The notes under the pieces: generated by a model | The model's database searches: none | What the model saw: the letters and a program-made list of their open reading frames with translations, nothing else | Told to the model about the DNA's origin: nothing | In this document: piece by piece, positions 30,589-32,000 of the stretch | How positions within the stretch are numbered: the stretch's first letter is position 1 | How the letters are laid out: every line of letters begins with the position of its first letter | Position numbers and translations under genes: made by a program | NCBI RefSeq assembly: GCF_013177435.1 | Contig: NZ_CP053627.1 | Coordinates: forward strand, 510,001-542,000 | Direction of reading: 5' to 3' | DNA length: 32,000 bases | Origin: Xylella taiwanensis | GTDB lineage: Bacteria > Pseudomonadota > Gammaproteobacteria > Xanthomonadales > Xanthomonadaceae

Positions 30589-30602
30589 CCCCCCCCCCCC
30601 CC
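30589..30602. repeat. Homopolymeric C14 tract
   Basis: Read directly: ggttaat-CCCCCCCCCCCCCC-aactggtc. It is intergenic, about 720 nt upstream of the pyrH start. Confidence 0.95.
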
Positions 30603-30805
30603 AACTGGTCATATATGTGCTTTCCTGGCAGTGCCGCACTGCTTAAGGACCATGCGGCTCGAGCCGGCAATGGCTCTGCCATCGGTATGTTTAAGATGAA
30701 TTCGATAAAGAGCATCTATAAAAAAGTACGTTAAGTTGCTTATTTTTGACGCATAAAGCGTCAACGCTTATTTCAAACCAAGATGTGTAAGATGCCTTGT
30801 TGAGA

Positions 30806-30833
30806 AGGAGGTCTGTGCAAGGAGGTCTGTGCA
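30806..30833. repeat. Perfect tandem duplication of a 14-mer (AGGAGGTCTGTGCA x2)
   Basis: Read directly: 30806-30819 and 30820-30833. It lies in ORF-poor DNA. Confidence 0.9.
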
Positions 30834-32000
30834 GTGTTGATATGGCCGGTTTTTTCTCGAAAACAGTTCTTGCTTTGGGGAGGTCAGAACGACACATCTT
30901 GAGGAGGTTGGGAGGTGCTAATCTCGTTGAACAGGGCGGAGTCATCATCTAGTTTCACTTATCTGTGCAGGCGATGCCATCACCGATGTGGAGGTGTGTT
31001 CCACCGGCCGCCCACGCTCATGGTTGAGTGAAGCTTCACGGAACCGATGTAATGGCGTGAGTGTGACCGAATTTGGAGAGGAGCCGAAGCGATCTTGTCT
31101 ACAAAGCAATGTCACGCTGAAGGAACTTAAGGCACAACAAGAACGGTTGCAGGGATTGTGTGCTTTCAGCATCCTGCGTAGATGGTAGCTACTCTGTCCA
31201 TGTGTACCGCACAACAGCGTGTGTAGATGCTGAAGGTCGGGATGGTGCATCTCGATCGATGTGTCAGTGCAGCGTTGCACCAAGCTGAACGTTGTTGCAG
31301 CCAAATTTAAACCATCTCACCTTGATCATTGTGTGCATCCTGTGCGATTGCTAACAGTCTTTCACCACGGCTGGCATTGCTGTCCATCACTTAGGGAATG
31401 CCCAGTGTCGCTGGCAAGCCGATATCGCTGTGCCTACAGCTGGGATGAAGGAATAACAAGCCTACCTTGGTGCCATTGATGCGATGTGCAAGCCGAGCCA
31501 AACAGATCCAAGGTGCAGGGAGCACGATAAGTCCCCGCGTGTCGGCATGTTGTATAGCGGGTAGTGGGGAATGTGTGACGGGCAATCTCGTTCCGGTAAC
31601 CATACAGTTTGAATCAGTGATGGTTGATGCGCGCAAGGTGGTAGATTCCGACACCTAGTACGCCTTTACGCAGATGGGATGGGATATCCAGGATCTGACC
31701 TTGTGCTTGCCGATAGCCTTCACTGCAATCTCCCAATGAGCGGCGGTTGCCAGCTAAGCCAATATCCCATACGGAGGTACTATGTTTTGCCAAAGATGCA
31801 GCCAGAACGTGGGTTGCCTTTGACTCCAACGCATCGGGTGTTGGCCAAACCGTGACTACTTGGTATACCAGGGGCGTACTGAATGTGATCGCCGTGCACG
31901 CAGTGCCGATCTGCCCCATTCGATGCGCATCTGATGCCAGTGCAGATGGAACCAGCTCACACGCAGCACAGTATTGTGGATATTAACTGGCGAGCACGGC

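Noticed and set aside
1-32000. Scan for CRISPR arrays, IS elements, integrases, prophage genes, tRNA/tmRNA genes, toxin-antitoxin pairs or defence-system signatures
   Set aside because: None was seen by eye or in the ORF track. The only sizeable repeats are the two R copies, and the short tandem repeats have only two units each.

Overview
This looks like a chromosomal core region of a gammaproteobacterium, probably Xanthomonadales or Xylella-like. That call is an inference from protein sequences, gene order and moderate GC, with no database search.

The backbone is the conserved envelope/isoprenoid/lipid A cluster on the minus strand: pyrH, frr, uppS, cdsA, dxr, rseP, bamA, lpxD, fabZ, lpxA, lpxB, rnhB. 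The window also holds a 5'-truncated TonB-dependent receptor, ahcY preceded by a likely SAH riboswitch, an orphan AMP-dependent ligase, a FadL-family porin, a rhomboid protease, a DUF1820 gene, RNase P RNA (rnpB) and a DUF455 ferritin-like gene.

The most unusual observation is that pyrH and frr, normally neighbours, are separated by about 9 kb. Two perfectly identical 460-bp non-coding direct repeats (20299-20758 and 28619-29078) bracket the intervening 7.9 kb, which includes rnpB. No integrase or transposase is visible.

Only about 63% of the window (about 20.3 of 32 kb by my coordinates) is explained by credible genes. The rest is ORF-poor, AT-richer DNA sitting at synteny breakpoints: no dnaE after rnhB, and no tsf/rpsB before pyrH. 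It contains frame-broken ORF remnants, short perfect tandem duplications, and two long homopolymer tracts (G12, C14).

I did not find a recognisable multi-gene novel system (defence, secretion, biosynthetic cluster, CRISPR, prophage). The repeat-bracketed segment and the repeat unit itself are the best candidates for follow-up.
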